Program-made: the position numbers and the translations under genes | Shown here: positions 13,125 through 30,326 of the stretch, piece after piece | Layout: each line of letters opens with the position of its first letter | Position numbering within the stretch: position 1 is the first letter of the stretch | The notes under the pieces: model-generated | What the model was told of the DNA's origin: nothing | Database searches by the model: none | What the model saw: the letters and a program-made list of their open reading frames with translations, nothing else | Assembly: GCF_056712565.1 (NCBI RefSeq) | Contig: NZ_CM160072.1 | DNA length: 64,000 bases | Direction: 5' to 3' (one strand)

Positions 13125-14368
13125 TGCGTTTATCTCTCCCTCGCCTGAAAATGCCGCGCCTGCCAGGATTCAGTATTCTGGTCTGGATCTCCACGGCGCT
13201 AAAGGGCTGGGTGATGGGCTCGCGGGAAAAAGATACCGACAGCCTGATCATGTACGATCGCACCTTACTGTGGCTGACCTTCGGCCTCGCGGCGATTGGC
13301 TTTATCATGGTGACCTCGGCGTCAATGCCCATAGGGCAACGCTTAACCAACGATCCGTTCTTCTTCGCGAAGCGTGATGGCGTCTATCTGATCCTGGCAT
13401 TCATTCTGGCGATCATTACGCTGCGTCTGCCGATGGAGTTCTGGCAACGCTACAGTGCCACGATGCTGCTCGGATCTATCATCCTGCTGATGATCGTTCT
13501 GGTAGTGGGTAGCTCGGTTAAAGGGGCATCGCGTTGGATCGATCTCGGTTTGCTGCGTATCCAGCCTGCGGAGCTGACAAAACTGTCGCTGTTTTGCTAT
13601 ATCGCCAACTATCTGGTGCGTAAAGGCGACGAAGTACGTAATAACCTGCGCGGCTTCCTGAAACCGATGGGCGTAATTCTGGTGTTGGCAGTGTTACTGC
13701 TGGCACAGCCAGACCTTGGTACGGTGGTGGTGTTGTTTGTGACTACGCTGGCGATGTTGTTCCTGGCAGGAGCGAAATTGTGGCAGTTCATTGCCATTAT
13801 CGGTATGGGCATTTCAGCGGTTGTGTTGCTGATCCTCGCCGAACCGTACCGTATCCGCCGTGTTACCGCATTCTGGAACCCGTGGGAAGATCCCTTTGGC
13901 AGCGGCTATCAGTTAACGCAATCGTTGATGGCGTTTGGTCGCGGTGAACTGTGGGGACAAGGTTTAGGTAACTCGGTACAAAAACTGGAGTATCTGCCGG
14001 AAGCGCATACTGACTTTATTTTCGCCATTATCGGCGAAGAACTGGGGTATGTCGGTGTGGTGCTGGCACTTTTAATGGTATTCTTCGTCGCTTTTCGCGC
14101 GATGTCGATTGGCCGCAAAGCATTAGAAATTGACCACCGTTTTTCCGGTTTTCTCGCCTGTTCTATTGGTATCTGGTTTAGTTTCCAGGCGCTGGTTAAC
14201 GTAGGCGCGGCGGCGGGGATGTTACCGACCAAAGGTCTGACATTGCCGCTGATCAGTTACGGTGGTTCGAGCTTACTGATTATGTCGACAGCCATCATGA
14301 TGCTGTTGCGTATTGATTATGAAACGCGTCTGGAGAAAGCGCAGGCGTTTGTACGAGGTTCACGATGA
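13124..14368 (+). CDS. ftsW: Cell division peptidoglycan polymerase FtsW (SEDS family)
   Basis: ORF 13121..14368; ATG at 13124 ([15 protein letters not shown]) overlaps the murD stop. Confidence 0.93.
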
Positions 14369-15432
14369 GTGGTCAAGGGAAGCGATTAATGGTGATGGCA
14401 GGCGGAACCGGTGGACATGTATTCCCGGGGCTGGCGGTTGCGCACCATCTAATGGCTCAGGGTTGGCAAGTTCGCTGGCTGGGGACTGCCGACCGTATGG
14501 AAGCGGACTTAGTGCCAAAACATGGCATCGAAATTGATTTCATTCGTATCTCTGGTCTGCGTGGAAAAGGTATAAAAGCACTGATAGCTGCGCCGCTGCG
14601 TATCTTCAACGCCTGGCGTCAGGCGCGGGCGATTATGAAAGCGTACAAACCTGACGTGGTGCTCGGTATGGGCGGCTATGTATCAGGTCCAGGTGGTCTG
14701 GCCGCGTGGTCGTTAGGCATTCCGGTTGTACTTCATGAACAAAACGGTATTGCGGGCTTAACCAATAAATGGCTGGCGAAGATTGCTACCAAAGTGATGC
14801 AGGCGTTTCCAGGTGCTTTTCCTAATGCGGAAGTGGTGGGTAACCCGGTGCGTACCGATGTGCTGGCGCTGCCGTTGCCGCAGCAACGTTTGGCTGGACG
14901 TGAAGGTCCGGTTCGTGTGTTGGTAGTGGGTGGTTCCCAGGGCGCACGCATTCTTAATCAGACAATGCCGCAGGTTGCTGCGAAACTGGGTGATTCAGTC
15001 ACTATCTGGCATCAGAGCGGCAAAGGTTCGCAACAATCCGTTGAACAGGCGTATGCCGAAGCGGGGCAACCGCAGCATAAAGTGACGGAATTTATTGATG
15101 ATATGGCGGCGGCGTATGCGTGGGCGGATGTCGTCGTTTGCCGCTCCGGTGCGTTAACGGTGAGTGAAATCGCCGCGGCAGGACTACCGGCGTTGTTTGT
15201 GCCGTTTCAACATAAAGACCGTCAGCAATACTGGAATGCGCTACCGCTGGAAAAAGCGGGCGCAGCCAAAATTATCGAGCAGTCACAGCTTAGCGTGGAT
15301 GCTGTCGCCAACACCCTGGCCGGGTGGTCGCGAGAAATCTTATTAACCATGGCAGAACGCGCCCGCGCTGCATCCATTCCGGATGCCACCGAGCGAGTGG
15401 CAAATGAAGTGAGCCGGGCTGCCCGGGCGTAA
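14365..15432 (+). CDS. murG: Lipid II synthase, UDP-GlcNAc transferase
   Basis: 355-aa ORF, N-terminal GGTGGHVFP glycosyltransferase motif. Confidence 0.96.
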
Positions 15433-15485
15433 TTGTAGCGATGCCTTTTGCATCGTATGAATTTAAGAAGTTAATGGCGTAAAGA

Positions 15486-17874
<2,389 letters not shown>

Positions 17875-17875
17875 T

Positions 17876-18706
17876 ATGTCGCAGGCTGCTCTGAACACGC
17901 GAAATAGCGAAGAAGAGGTTTCTTCTCGCCGCAATAATGGAACGCGTCTGGCGGGGATCCTTTTCCTGCTGACCGTTTTAACGACAGTGTTGGTGAGCGG
18001 CTGGGTCGTGTTGGGCTGGATGGAAGATGCGCAACGCCTGCCGCTCTCAAAGCTGGTGTTGACCGGTGAACGCCATTACACGCGTAATGACGATATCCGG
18101 CAGTCGATCCTGGCATTGGGTGAGCCAGGTACCTTTATGACCCAGGATGTCAACATCATCCAGACGCAAATAGAACAACGCCTGCCGTGGATTAAGCAGG
18201 TGAGCGTCAGAAAGCAGTGGCCTGATGAATTGAAGATTCATCTGGTTGAATATGTGCCGATTGCGCGGTGGAATGATCAACATATGGTAGACGCGGAAGG
18301 AAACACCTTCAGCGTGCCGCCAGATCGCACCAGCAAGCAGGTGCTTCCAATGCTGTATGGCCCGGAAGGCAGCGCCAATGAAGTGTTGCAGGGCTATCGC
18401 GAAATGGGGCAGATGCTGGCAAAGGACAGATTTACTCTGAAGGAAGCGGCGATGACCGCGCGACGTTCCTGGCAGTTGACGCTGAATAACGATATTAAGC
18501 TCAATCTTGGTCGGGGCGATACGATGAAACGTTTGGCTCGCTTTGTAGAACTTTATCCGGTTTTACAGCAGCAGGCGCAAACCGATGGCAAACGGATTAG
18601 CTACGTTGATTTGCGTTATGACTCTGGAGCGGCAGTAGGCTGGGCGCCCTTGCCGCCAGAGGAATCTACTCAGCAACAAAATCAGGCACAGGCAGAACAA
18701 CAATGA
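17876..18706 (+). CDS. ftsQ: Cell division protein FtsQ
   Basis: 276-aa ORF with one N-terminal TM segment. Confidence 0.95.
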   Translation: MSQAALNTRNSEEEVSSRRNNGTRLAGILFLLTVLTTVLVSGWVVLGWMEDAQRLPLSKLVLTGERHYTRNDDIRQSILALGEPGTFMTQDVNIIQTQIEQRLPWIKQVSVRKQWPDELKIHLVEYVPIARWNDQHMVDAEGNTFSVPPDRTSKQVLPMLYGPEGSANEVLQGYREMGQMLAKDRFTLKEAAMTARRSWQLTLNNDIKLNLGRGDTMKRLARFVELYPVLQQQAQTDGKRISYVDLRYDSGAAVGWAPLPPEESTQQQNQAQAEQQ

Positions 18707-19965
18707 TCAAGGCGACGGACAGAAAACTGGTAGTAGGACTGGAGATTGGTACCGCGAAGGTTGCCGCTTTAGTAGGGGAAGTTCTGCCCGACGGTATGGT
18801 CAATATCATTGGCGTGGGTAGTTGCCCGTCGCGTGGTATGGATAAAGGTGGGGTGAACGACCTCGAATCCGTGGTCAAGTGCGTACAACGCGCCATTGAC
18901 CAGGCAGAATTGATGGCAGATTGTCAGATCTCTTCGGTATATCTGGCGCTTTCTGGTAAGCACATCAGCTGCCAGAATGAAATTGGTATGGTGCCTATTT
19001 CTGAAGAAGAAGTGACGCAAGAAGATGTGGAAAACGTCGTCCATACCGCGAAATCGGTGCGTGTGCGCGATGAGCATCGTGTGTTGCATGTGATCCCGCA
19101 AGAGTATGCGATTGACTATCAGGAAGGGATCAAGAATCCGGTAGGGCTTTCGGGCGTGCGGATGCAGGCAAAAGTGCACCTGATCACATGTCACAATGAT
19201 ATGGCGAAAAACATCGTCAAAGCGGTTGAACGTTGTGGGCTGAAAGTTGACCAACTGATATTTGCCGGTCTGGCATCAAGTTATTCGGTATTGACGGAAG
19301 ATGAACGTGAACTGGGTGTCTGCGTCGTTGATATCGGTGGTGGTACAATGGATATCGCCGTTTATACCGGTGGGGCATTGCGCCACACGAAGGTAATTCC
19401 TTATGCTGGCAATGTCGTGACCAGTGATATCGCTTACGCCTTTGGCACACCGCCAAGTGACGCCGAAGCGATTAAAGTTCGCCACGGTTGTGCGCTGGGC
19501 TCCATCGTTGGAAAAGATGAGAGCGTGGAAGTGCCGAGCGTAGGCGGTCGTCCGCCGCGGAGTCTACAACGTCAGACCCTGGCAGAGGTGATCGAGCCGC
19601 GCTATACCGAGCTGCTCAATCTGGTCAACGAAGAGATATTGCAGTTGCAGGAAAAGCTTCGCCAACAAGGGGTTAAACATCACCTGGCGGCAGGCATTGT
19701 ATTAACCGGTGGCGCAGCGCAGATCGAAGGTCTTGCAGCCTGTGCTCAGCGCGTGTTTCATACGCAAGTGCGTATCGGCGCGCCGCTGAACATTACCGGT
19801 TTAACGGATTATGCTCAGGAGCCGTATTATTCGACGGCGGTGGGATTGCTTCACTATGGGAAAGAGTCACATCTTAACGGTGAAGCTGAAGTAGAAAAAC
19901 GTGTTACAGCATCAGTTGGCTCGTGGATCAAGCGACTCAATAGTTGGCTGCGAAAAGAGTTTTAA
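18703..19965 (+). CDS. ftsA: Cell division protein FtsA (actin-like ATPase)
   Basis: 420-aa ORF; start overlaps ftsQ stop. Confidence 0.96.
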   Translation: MIKATDRKLVVGLEIGTAKVAALVGEVLPDGMVNIIGVGSCPSRGMDKGGVNDLESVVKCVQRAIDQAELMADCQISSVYLALSGKHISCQNEIGMVPISEEEVTQEDVENVVHTAKSVRVRDEHRVLHVIPQEYAIDYQEGIKNPVGLSGVRMQAKVHLITCHNDMAKNIVKAVERCGLKVDQLIFAGLASSYSVLTEDERELGVCVVDIGGGTMDIAVYTGGALRHTKVIPYAGNVVTSDIAYAFGTPPSDAEAIKVRHGCALGSIVGKDESVEVPSVGGRPPRSLQRQTLAEVIEPRYTELLNLVNEEILQLQEKLRQQGVKHHLAAGIVLTGGAAQIEGLAACAQRVFHTQVRIGAPLNITGLTDYAQEPYYSTAVGLLHYGKESHLNGEAEVEKRVTASVGSWIKRLNSWLRKEF

Positions 19966-20025
19966 TTTTTATGAGGCCGACGATGATTACGGCCTCAGGC
20001 GACAGGCACAAATCGGAGAGAAACT

Positions 20026-21177
20026 ATGTTTGAACCAATGGAACTTACCAATGACGCGGTGATTAAAGTCATCGGCGTCGGCGGCGGCGGCGGTAATGCT
20101 GTTGAACACATGGTGCGTGAGCGCATTGAAGGTGTTGAATTCTTCGCGGTAAATACCGATGCACAAGCGCTGCGTAAAACAGCGGTTGGACAGACGATTC
20201 AAATCGGTAGCGGTATCACCAAAGGACTGGGCGCTGGCGCTAATCCAGAAGTTGGCCGCAATGCGGCTGATGAGGATCGCGATGCACTGCGTGCGGCGCT
20301 GGAAGGTGCAGACATGGTCTTTATTGCTGCGGGTATGGGTGGTGGTACCGGTACAGGTGCAGCACCAGTCGTCGCTGAAGTGGCAAAAGATTTGGGTATC
20401 CTGACCGTTGCTGTCGTCACTAAGCCTTTCAACTTTGAAGGCAAGAAGCGTATGGCATTCGCGGAGCAGGGGATCACTGAACTGTCCAAGCATGTGGACT
20501 CTCTGATCACTATCCCGAACGACAAACTGCTGAAAGTTCTGGGCCGAGGTATCTCCCTGCTGGATGCGTTTGGCGCAGCGAACGATGTACTGAAAGGCGC
20601 TGTGCAAGGTATCGCCGAACTGATTACTCGTCCGGGTTTGATGAACGTGGACTTTGCAGACGTACGCACCGTAATGTCTGAAATGGGCTACGCAATGATG
20701 GGTTCTGGTGTGGCGAGCGGTGAAGATCGTGCGGAAGAAGCTGCTGAAATGGCTATCTCTTCTCCGCTGCTGGAAGATATCGACCTGTCTGGCGCACGCG
20801 GCGTGCTGGTTAACATCACAGCGGGCTTCGACCTGCGTCTGGATGAGTTCGAAACGGTAGGTAACACCATCCGTGCATTTGCTTCCGACAACGCGACCGT
20901 GGTTATCGGTACTTCTCTTGACCCGGATATGAATGACGAGCTGCGCGTAACTGTTGTTGCGACAGGTATCGGCATGGACAAACGTCCTGAAATCACTCTG
21001 GTGACCAATAAGCAGGTTCAGCAGCCAGTGATGGATCGCTACCAGCAGCACGGTATGGCTCCGCTGACCCAGGAGCAGAAGCCGGTTGCTAAAGTCGTGA
21101 ATGACAATGCGCCGCAAACTGCGAAAGAGCCGGATTATCTGGATATCCCAGCATTCCTGCGTAAGCAAGCTGATTAA
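20026..21177 (+). CDS. ftsZ: Cell division GTPase FtsZ
   Basis: 383-aa ORF with tubulin signature GGGTGTG; RBS GGAGAG upstream. Confidence 0.98.
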
Positions 21178-21256
21178 GAATTGACTGGAATTTGGGTTTC
21201 GAGGCTCTTTGTGCTAAACTGGCCCGCCGAATGTATAGTACACTTCGGTTGGATAG

Positions 21257-22195
<939 letters not shown>

Positions 22196-22221
22196 CGACA
22201 TTTATACTGTCGTATAAAATT

Positions 22222-22938
<717 letters not shown>

Positions 22939-22999
22939 CAACAATAAACCTTTACTTCATTTTATTAACTCCGCAACGCGGGGCGTTTGAGATTTTATT

Positions 23000-25705
23000 A
23001 TGCTAATCAAATTATTAACTAAAGTTTTCGGTAGTCGTAACGATCGCACCCTGCGCCGGATGCGCAAAGTGGTCAACATCATCAATGCCATGGAACCGGA
23101 GATGGAAAAACTCTCCGACGAAGAACTGAAAGGGAAAACCGCAGAGTTTCGTGCGCGTCTGGAAAAAGGCGAAGTGCTGGAAAATCTGATCCCGGAAGCT
23201 TTCGCCGTGGTGCGTGAGGCAAGTAAGCGCGTCTTTGGCATGCGTCACTTCGACGTTCAGTTACTCGGCGGTATGGTTCTTAACGAACGCTGCATCGCCG
23301 AAATGCGTACCGGTGAAGGTAAAACCCTGACCGCAACGCTGCCTGCTTACCTGAACGCACTAACCGGTAAAGGCGTACACGTAGTTACCGTCAACGACTA
23401 CCTGGCGCAACGTGACGCCGAAAACAACCGTCCGCTGTTTGAATTCCTTGGCCTGACTGTCGGTATCAACCTGCCGGGCATGCCAGCACCGGCAAAGCGT
23501 GAAGCCTACGCTGCTGACATCACTTACGGTACGAACAACGAATACGGCTTTGACTACCTGCGTGACAACATGGCGTTCAGTCCTGAAGAACGTGTACAGC
23601 GTAAACTGCACTATGCGCTGGTGGACGAAGTGGACTCCATCCTGATCGATGAAGCGCGTACACCGCTGATCATTTCCGGCCCGGCAGAAGACAGCTCGGA
23701 AATGTATAAACGCGTGAATAAAATTATTCCGCACCTGATCCGTCAGGAAAAAGAAGACTCCGAAACCTTCCAGGGCGAAGGCCACTTCTCGGTGGATGAA
23801 AAATCTCGCCAGGTGAACCTGACCGAACGTGGTCTGGTCCTGATTGAAGAACTGCTGGTTAAAGAAGGCATCATGGATGAAGGAGAGTCTCTGTACTCTC
23901 CGGCCAACATCATGCTGATGCACCACGTAACGGCGGCGCTGCGCGCTCATGCGCTGTTTACCCGTGACGTCGACTACATCGTTAAAGATGGTGAAGTTAT
24001 CATCGTTGACGAACACACCGGTCGTACCATGCAGGGCCGTCGCTGGTCCGATGGTCTGCACCAGGCTGTGGAAGCGAAAGAAGGTGTGCAGATCCAGAAC
24101 GAAAACCAAACGCTGGCTTCGATCACCTTCCAGAACTACTTCCGTCTGTATGAAAAACTGGCGGGGATGACTGGTACTGCTGATACCGAAGCTTTCGAAT
24201 TCAGCTCCATCTATAAGCTGGATACTGTCGTTGTTCCGACCAACCGCCCAATGATTCGTAAAGATCTGCCGGACCTGGTCTACATGACTGAAGCGGAAAA
24301 AATTCAGGCGATCATTGAAGATATCAAAGAACGTACTGCGAAAGGCCAGCCGGTGCTGGTGGGTACAATCTCCATCGAAAAATCGGAGCTGGTGTCAAAT
24401 GAACTGACCAAAGCCGGTATTAAGCACAACGTCCTGAACGCCAAATTCCATGCCAACGAAGCGGCGATTGTTGCTCAGGCAGGTTACCCGGCTGCGGTGA
24501 CTATCGCGACCAACATGGCGGGTCGTGGTACCGATATTGTGCTCGGTGGTAGCTGGCAGGCAGAAGTTGCCGCGCTGGAAAATCCGACTGCAGAGCAAAT
24601 TGAAAAAATTAAAGCCGACTGGCAGGTACGTCACGATGCGGTACTGGCAGCAGGTGGCCTGCATATCATCGGTACTGAACGTCACGAATCCCGTCGTATC
24701 GATAACCAGCTGCGCGGTCGTTCTGGTCGTCAGGGGGATGCTGGTTCTTCCCGTTTCTACCTGTCGATGGAAGATGCGCTGATGCGTATTTTTGCTTCCG
24801 ACCGAGTATCCGGCATGATGCGTAAACTGGGTATGAAGCCAGGCGAAGCCATTGAGCACCCGTGGGTGACCAAAGCGATTGCCAACGCCCAGCGTAAAGT
24901 TGAAAGCCGTAACTTCGACATTCGTAAGCAACTGCTGGAATATGATGACGTGGCTAACGATCAGCGTCGCGCCATTTACTCCCAGCGTAACGAACTGCTG
25001 GATGTCAGCGATGTGAGCGAAACCATCAACAGCATTCGTGAAGATGTGTTCAAAGCGACCATTGATGCCTACATTCCGCCACAGTCGCTGGAAGAAATGT
25101 GGGATATTCCGGGGCTGCAGGAACGTCTGAAGAACGATTTCGACCTCGATTTACCAATTGCCGAGTGGCTGGATAAAGAACCAGAACTGCATGAAGAGAC
25201 GCTGCGTGAGCGCATTCTGGCGCAGTCCATCGAAGTGTATCAGCGTAAAGAAGAAGTGGTTGGTGCTGAGATGATGCGTCACTTCGAGAAAGGCGTCATG
25301 CTGCAAACTCTCGACTCTCTGTGGAAAGAGCACCTGGCAGCGATGGACTATCTGCGTCAGGGTATCCACCTGCGTGGCTATGCACAGAAAGATCCGAAGC
25401 AGGAATACAAACGTGAATCGTTCTCCATGTTTGCAGCGATGCTGGAGTCGTTGAAATATGAAGTTATCAGTACGCTGAGCAAAGTTCAGGTACGTATGCC
25501 TGAAGAGGTTGAGGAGCTGGAACAACAGCGTCGTATGGAAGCCGAGCGTTTAGCGCAAATGCAGCAGCTTAGCTATCAGGATGACGACTCTGCAGCCGCA
25601 GCTGCACTGGCGGCACAAACCGGTGAACGCAAAGTAGGACGTAACGATCCTTGCCCGTGTGGTTCTGGTAAAAAATACAAGCAGTGCCATGGCCGCCTGC
25701 AATAA
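23000..25705 (+). CDS. secA: Preprotein translocase ATPase SecA
   Basis: 901-aa ORF; C-terminal zinc-binding [14 protein letters not shown]. Confidence 0.98.
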
Positions 25706-25723
25706 AAGCTAACAGTTGAAGTA

Positions 25724-25751
25724 AAAGGCGCAGGATTCTGCGCCTTTTTTA
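25724..25751 (+). terminator. Rho-independent terminator after secA
   Basis: Inverted repeat aaaggcgcag...ctgcgccttt followed by a T-run. Confidence 0.7.
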
Positions 25752-25764
25752 TAGGTTTAAGACA

Positions 25765-26163
25765 ATGAAAAAGCTGCAAATTGCGGTAGGTATTATTCGC
25801 AACGAGAACAATGAAATCTTTATAACGCGTCGCGCAGCAGATGCGCACATGGCGAATAAACTGGAGTTTCCCGGCGGTAAAGTTGAAATGGGCGAAACGC
25901 CGGAACAGGCGGTGGTGCGTGAACTTCAGGAAGAAGTCGGGATTACCCCACAACATTTTTCGCTATTTGAAAAACTGGAATATGAATTCCCGGACAGGCA
26001 TATAACTCTGTGGTTCTGGCTGGTCGAAAGCTGGGAAGGGGAGCCGTGGGGTAAAGAAGGGCAACCCGGTGAGTGGATGTCGCTGGTCGGTCTTAATGCC
26101 GATGATTTTCCGCCAGCCAATGAACCGGTAATTGCGAAACTTAAGCGTGTGTATGCCGGATAA
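25765..26163 (+). CDS. mutT: 8-oxo-dGTP diphosphatase (Nudix)
   Basis: 132-aa ORF with Nudix box GGKVEMGETPEQAVVRELQEEVG; 3' end runs into a REP-like sequence. Confidence 0.93.
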   Translation: MKKLQIAVGIIRNENNEIFITRRAADAHMANKLEFPGGKVEMGETPEQAVVRELQEEVGITPQHFSLFEKLEYEFPDRHITLWFWLVESWEGEPWGKEGQPGEWMSLVGLNADDFPPANEPVIAKLKRVYAG

Positions 26164-26241
26164 GGCGTCACGCTGCATCCGACATTTGCATATGATGCCT
26201 GATGCGACGCTGGCGCGTTTTATCAGGCCAGCGTCGCATCA
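26154..26241. repeat. REP-like palindromic elements between mutT and yacG
   Basis: tgccggataaggcgtcacgctgcatccgaca and gatgcctgatgcgacgctggcgcg...caggccagcgtcgcatcag resemble REP/BIME units. Confidence 0.55.
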
Positions 26242-26250
26242 GATAGAATG

Positions 26251-26448
26251 TCACTGCTTTGGCTCTTCGCTCCAGTCATCGCTTTCGGAAAGATCGCCAC
26301 TGCTGGGGATTCGTTTTTCTTCAGCAGCCCATTCTCCGAGGTCGATCAGCTGACAACGTTTGGAGCAAAATGGCCGAAACGGGCTGATTTCACCCCACAC
26401 CACCGTTTTCCCGCAGGTTGGGCAATTCACCGTAATAGTTTCTGACAT
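26251..26448 (-). CDS. yacG: DNA gyrase inhibitor YacG (zinc ribbon)
   Basis: 65-aa [17 protein letters not shown]...CSKRCQ. Confidence 0.92.
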
Positions 26449-26457
26449 TTTTACTCC

Positions 26458-27201
26458 TTAGCAACAGGCCAGTTCGAAATCCAGACGTTCTGGTACCTGT
26501 CCGTTTTCACTGTCCAGCGGCATAAAACGAATGGCAAAACGGCTCTTATGACCGGAAATTTGCGGATAAAGCTGTGAATCGAGCGACAGATTCAGGCGCA
26601 GCAAGTCGGCATCGCCACCGTTATCCTGATAAAAACCATTCAGGCTGGTTTGTTTACGGAAGGGGGCCGACTGGCGAATTAAATCCAGCACCATGGTAAG
26701 TGCCTGGGTAAGCGGGTTCAGGCTGGCAATCCAGGTTTCTACCTGGCTGTCGCGCTGCGCCTGGGGTAGATGCAGCCAAATGTGCAATGTAGGTAAATCA
26801 AAGCTGCAACAGCCGCCCGGGATGCTCAGTCGCTGACGCACCAGAGCAATCAAACGATCTTCACGTAGAAATTGCCCGATACGCGGCGCGGAGATTAATA
26901 CGCTCCCCGCCGCTTTTAACTGCTGAATTAATGCTTCAATACGGCTCTGGTCCACGCCGGGCACGCCAATCCAGGTCTGGAGTTTACGTTGCTGCCGGTC
27001 AAGTTCTTTCAACAGCTCAGTGCGGACTTCGCCGCGCTCGAAAACATCCAGTAATTCGCTGACATTACGGAAGAAATGCAGCGCGCCAGCGTGGTCAACG
27101 ATGGGTAAATTAACGGTGAGTTGCTGAATCAAAAACTCAATGCGCAGCCATGTACGCATTTTTTCATTTAGTGGATGTTCAAAAAGGACCTGGGTCTGCA
27201 T
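26458..27201 (-). CDS. zapD: Cell division protein ZapD
   Basis: 247-aa ORF in conserved position between yacG and coaE. Confidence 0.92.
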
Positions 27202-27821
27202 TACGGTTTTTCCTGTGAGACAAACTGCGACGCAAGCTGCAAATAGTGTGCGTGCAGGCGGGCAACATCCGATGCGATAGCATCCGGTGCGCCGTTATTA
27301 TCAATGACGTCATCTGCCACGGCAAGGCGAGCTTCGCGCGTTGCCTGAGCAGCAAGGATTTGTTCGACATGCTCGCGAGTTACATCGTCGCGCTGCATGG
27401 TGCGCTTAAGTTGCGTTTCTGGGCTGACATCCACCACCAGCACTCGATTCGCTTTTTTATACAGTGAGTTTTCTACCAGCAATGGCACAACCCATAGTAC
27501 ATAGGGGGAAGTAGCTTGCTGGATCTGGTGTTGCGTCTCTTGCTGAATCAGCGGATGCAGCAGGGCGTTAAGCCAGTTTTTCTCTTCCGGGTTGGCGAAG
27601 ATCCGTTCGCGCAAGGCCCGGCGCTGCAATGTTCCATCAGCAGCAATCATGTTAGCGCCAAAGTGATCAGCAATGGCATGTAGCGCAGGTGCACCTGGTT
27701 CAACCACCTGACGCGCAATAATATCGGCATCAATGACGTTAATTCCGAGATTAGCAAACGCATTGGCAACGGTACTCTTGCCACTGCCAATGCCTCCCGT
27801 TAAGGCAACTATATACCTCAT
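27201..27821 (-). CDS. coaE: Dephospho-CoA kinase
   Basis: 206-aa ORF with P-loop GGIGSGKST. Confidence 0.95.
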
Positions 27822-28045
27822 AATTTATATTCCCGGGAATTCATCATGATTATCAAAACGTTAAAAATGAGCGCACGAAAGCGAAATTGATGAAACGTTC
27901 GCTCACTATTTACCAGGTAAATTTATGGGATTGTAGCGTAAAAAAAGACAATTTCGCAGTCTTGCGCCGCATTGATTAGTGCGTATGATAACGTCACTGG
28001 AGTTGCGCTCTTACCCTTATAGCCATTAACCCCAGGAATCCGCAC

Positions 28046-29089
28046 ATGCGTATTGAAGAAGATCTGAAGTTAGGTTTTAAAGACGTTCTCATCCGCCCTA
28101 AACGCTCCACTCTTAAAAGCCGTTCCGATGTTGAACTGGAACGTCAATTCACCTTCAAACATTCAGGTCAGAGTTGGTCCGGCGTGCCGATTATTGCCGC
28201 AAATATGGACACCGTAGGCACATTTTCTATGGCCTCTGCGCTGGCTTCTTTTGATATTCTGACTGCTGTGCATAAACACTATTCTGTCGAAGAGTGGCAA
28301 GCGTTTATCAACAATTCTTCCGCTGATGTGCTGAAACATGTGATGGTTTCTACCGGCACGTCTGATGCGGATTTCGAAAAAACTAAACAGATTCTCGACC
28401 TGAACCCGGCATTAAATTTCGTTTGTATTGACGTGGCGAATGGTTATTCCGAACACTTCGTGCAGTTCGTTGCGAAAGCGCGTGAAGCGTGGCCGACCAA
28501 AACCATTTGTGCAGGCAACGTAGTGACTGGTGAAATGTGTGAGGAGCTTATCCTCTCCGGTGCCGATATCGTTAAAGTTGGCATTGGCCCAGGTTCTGTT
28601 TGTACAACTCGCGTCAAAACAGGCGTCGGTTATCCGCAACTTTCTGCGGTGATCGAATGCGCCGATGCTGCGCACGGTCTGGGCGGAATGATCGTCAGCG
28701 ATGGCGGCTGCACCACGCCGGGCGATGTCGCGAAAGCCTTTGGCGGCGGTGCCGATTTCGTAATGCTTGGCGGCATGCTGGCGGGCCACGAAGAGAGCGG
28801 CGGTCGCATCGTTGAGGAGAACGGCGAGAAATTTATGTTGTTCTACGGCATGAGCTCAGAGTCTGCGATGAAACGTCACGTTGGCGGCGTTGCGGAATAT
28901 CGCGCAGCAGAAGGTAAAACCGTTAAGCTGCCGCTGCGAGGCCCGGTTGAAAATACCGCGCGTGATATTTTGGGCGGCCTGCGTTCAGCTTGTACATACG
29001 TTGGGGCTTCACGCCTGAAAGAACTGACCAAGCGCACCACGTTTATCCGTGTGCAGGAACAAGAAAACCGCATCTTCAACAACCTGTAA
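28046..29089 (+). CDS. guaC: GMP reductase
   Basis: 347-aa IMPDH/GMPR-family ORF. Confidence 0.96.
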
Positions 29090-29096
29090 TATACCA

Positions 29097-29125
29097 ACGC
29101 TGGCGTGGAGCAACACGCCAGCGTT
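29097..29125. terminator. Bidirectional stem-loop between convergent guaC and hofC
   Basis: Inverted repeat aacgctggcgtg...cacgccagcgtt. Confidence 0.5.
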
Positions 29126-30326
29126 ATCCCATTCCACTCATCGCATCGCCTAAATGGAAAATTGGCAGATACATTGCCACCACCAGCGTACCGATAATTC
29201 CTCCCGTTATGATCAGCAACGCCGGTTCCAGTAAGGCTGCGAGGTTATCCGCCAGCGCCATTGTGTTATCCCGATGATGATGGGCGAGGTTGTCTAACAT
29301 GAGATCCAGCGAGCCGGATGCCTCTCCTGTTCTCACTAATTGCAAACAGAGCGGGCTAAACTCACCGGCATTTTTTAGCGCCAGCCAGATGGGGTGACCG
29401 TTACTGATATCGTGCTGGATTTGTGTCAGAAGTTGCACCCAGTACGGGCAGCGCATTGTTTCTCTGACGCTCTCAACGCCCTGTAAAAAAGAAATGCCTG
29501 CACTTTGTGTCAGTGTCAGAATCGTAAAGATCTGCGTGAGTTTTTGTCCCCGCATCAGTGAACCCATAATCGGGATGCGTAACAGCAATTTCTGCCGTGC
29601 GATAAGCCTGGTTGGGTGGCGCATCAGCAGCTTATTGGCTATCGCCAGCAGAAAGCCGAATAGCACCAGCAACCAACCCCATTCGCCACTAAAACTTGCC
29701 AGCGTCATGATCCCCTGCGTTAGCGCCGGTAGCGGAGTGTTAAAGGTCTTATAGATAGCGGCAAACTCCGGCAGTACAAAATGCAGCATTGCCACAACCA
29801 CCATGATTGCCATCGCTAAAATGATAATGGGATAACGTAACGCTGATTTCACTTTGTCGGTCAACTGACGCTGGGCTTTTTGCTGACGCGCCAGTTCAAA
29901 GCAGCATTCATCCAGCTTACCGGTCAGTTCACCCGTGCGGATCATCGCCTGATAGAGCGGCGGAAATACCTCTGACCAGGGTAATAAGGCATTGGAAAAG
30001 GCAACGCCCTGTTCAAGATCGTGCGCCAGTGATTGCAGCAACGCTTGCCACTGCTTACTGGGATGCTGTTCCGCCAGCAGAGCCAGCCCTTCAGAAAGCG
30101 TTAACCCGGCTTTGAGTAGCGTCGCCAGTTGATGAATGACTTCCGCGCTTATATCTCCTCGCCACTGCGTAGAATTGATGGTGATTCGCTTCAGGCTTAG
30201 TGGGGTAACCATCTGTTGCTGTAGTGCCATGAGCAGCAAAGCACGGCTCTCTGCCCATAGCATCCCATCTTGCGCATTGCCGTCGCCGGTTATGCCATGC
30301 CAGCGCCAGAGTTGCTTACTCGCCAT
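29124..30326 (-). CDS. hofC: Type IV pilus assembly platform protein (GspF/PilC family)
   Basis: 400-aa polytopic membrane ORF. Confidence 0.92.
   Translation of the reverse strand: MASKQLWRWHGITGDGNAQDGMLWAESRALLLMALQQQMVTPLSLKRITINSTQWRGDISAEVIHQLATLLKAGLTLSEGLALLAEQHPSKQWQALLQSLAHDLEQGVAFSNALLPWSEVFPPLYQAMIRTGELTGKLDECCFELARQQKAQRQLTDKVKSALRYPIIILAMAIMVVVAMLHFVLPEFAAIYKTFNTPLPALTQGIMTLASFSGEWGWLLVLFGFLLAIANKLLMRHPTRLIARQKLLLRIPIMGSLMRGQKLTQIFTILTLTQSAGISFLQGVESVRETMRCPYWVQLLTQIQHDISNGHPIWLALKNAGEFSPLCLQLVRTGEASGSLDLMLDNLAHHHRDNTMALADNLAALLEPALLIITGGIIGTLVVAMYLPIFHLGDAMSGMG

Noticed and set aside
19987..21168. 393-aa minus-strand ORF antisense to ftsZ
   Set aside because: Mirror-frame artefact of the ftsZ coding sequence; ftsZ identity is unambiguous.
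23360..24109. 249-aa minus-strand ORF antisense to secA, and other antisense ORFs in secA, lpd and gcd
   Set aside because: All embedded in well-supported genes on the opposite strand.
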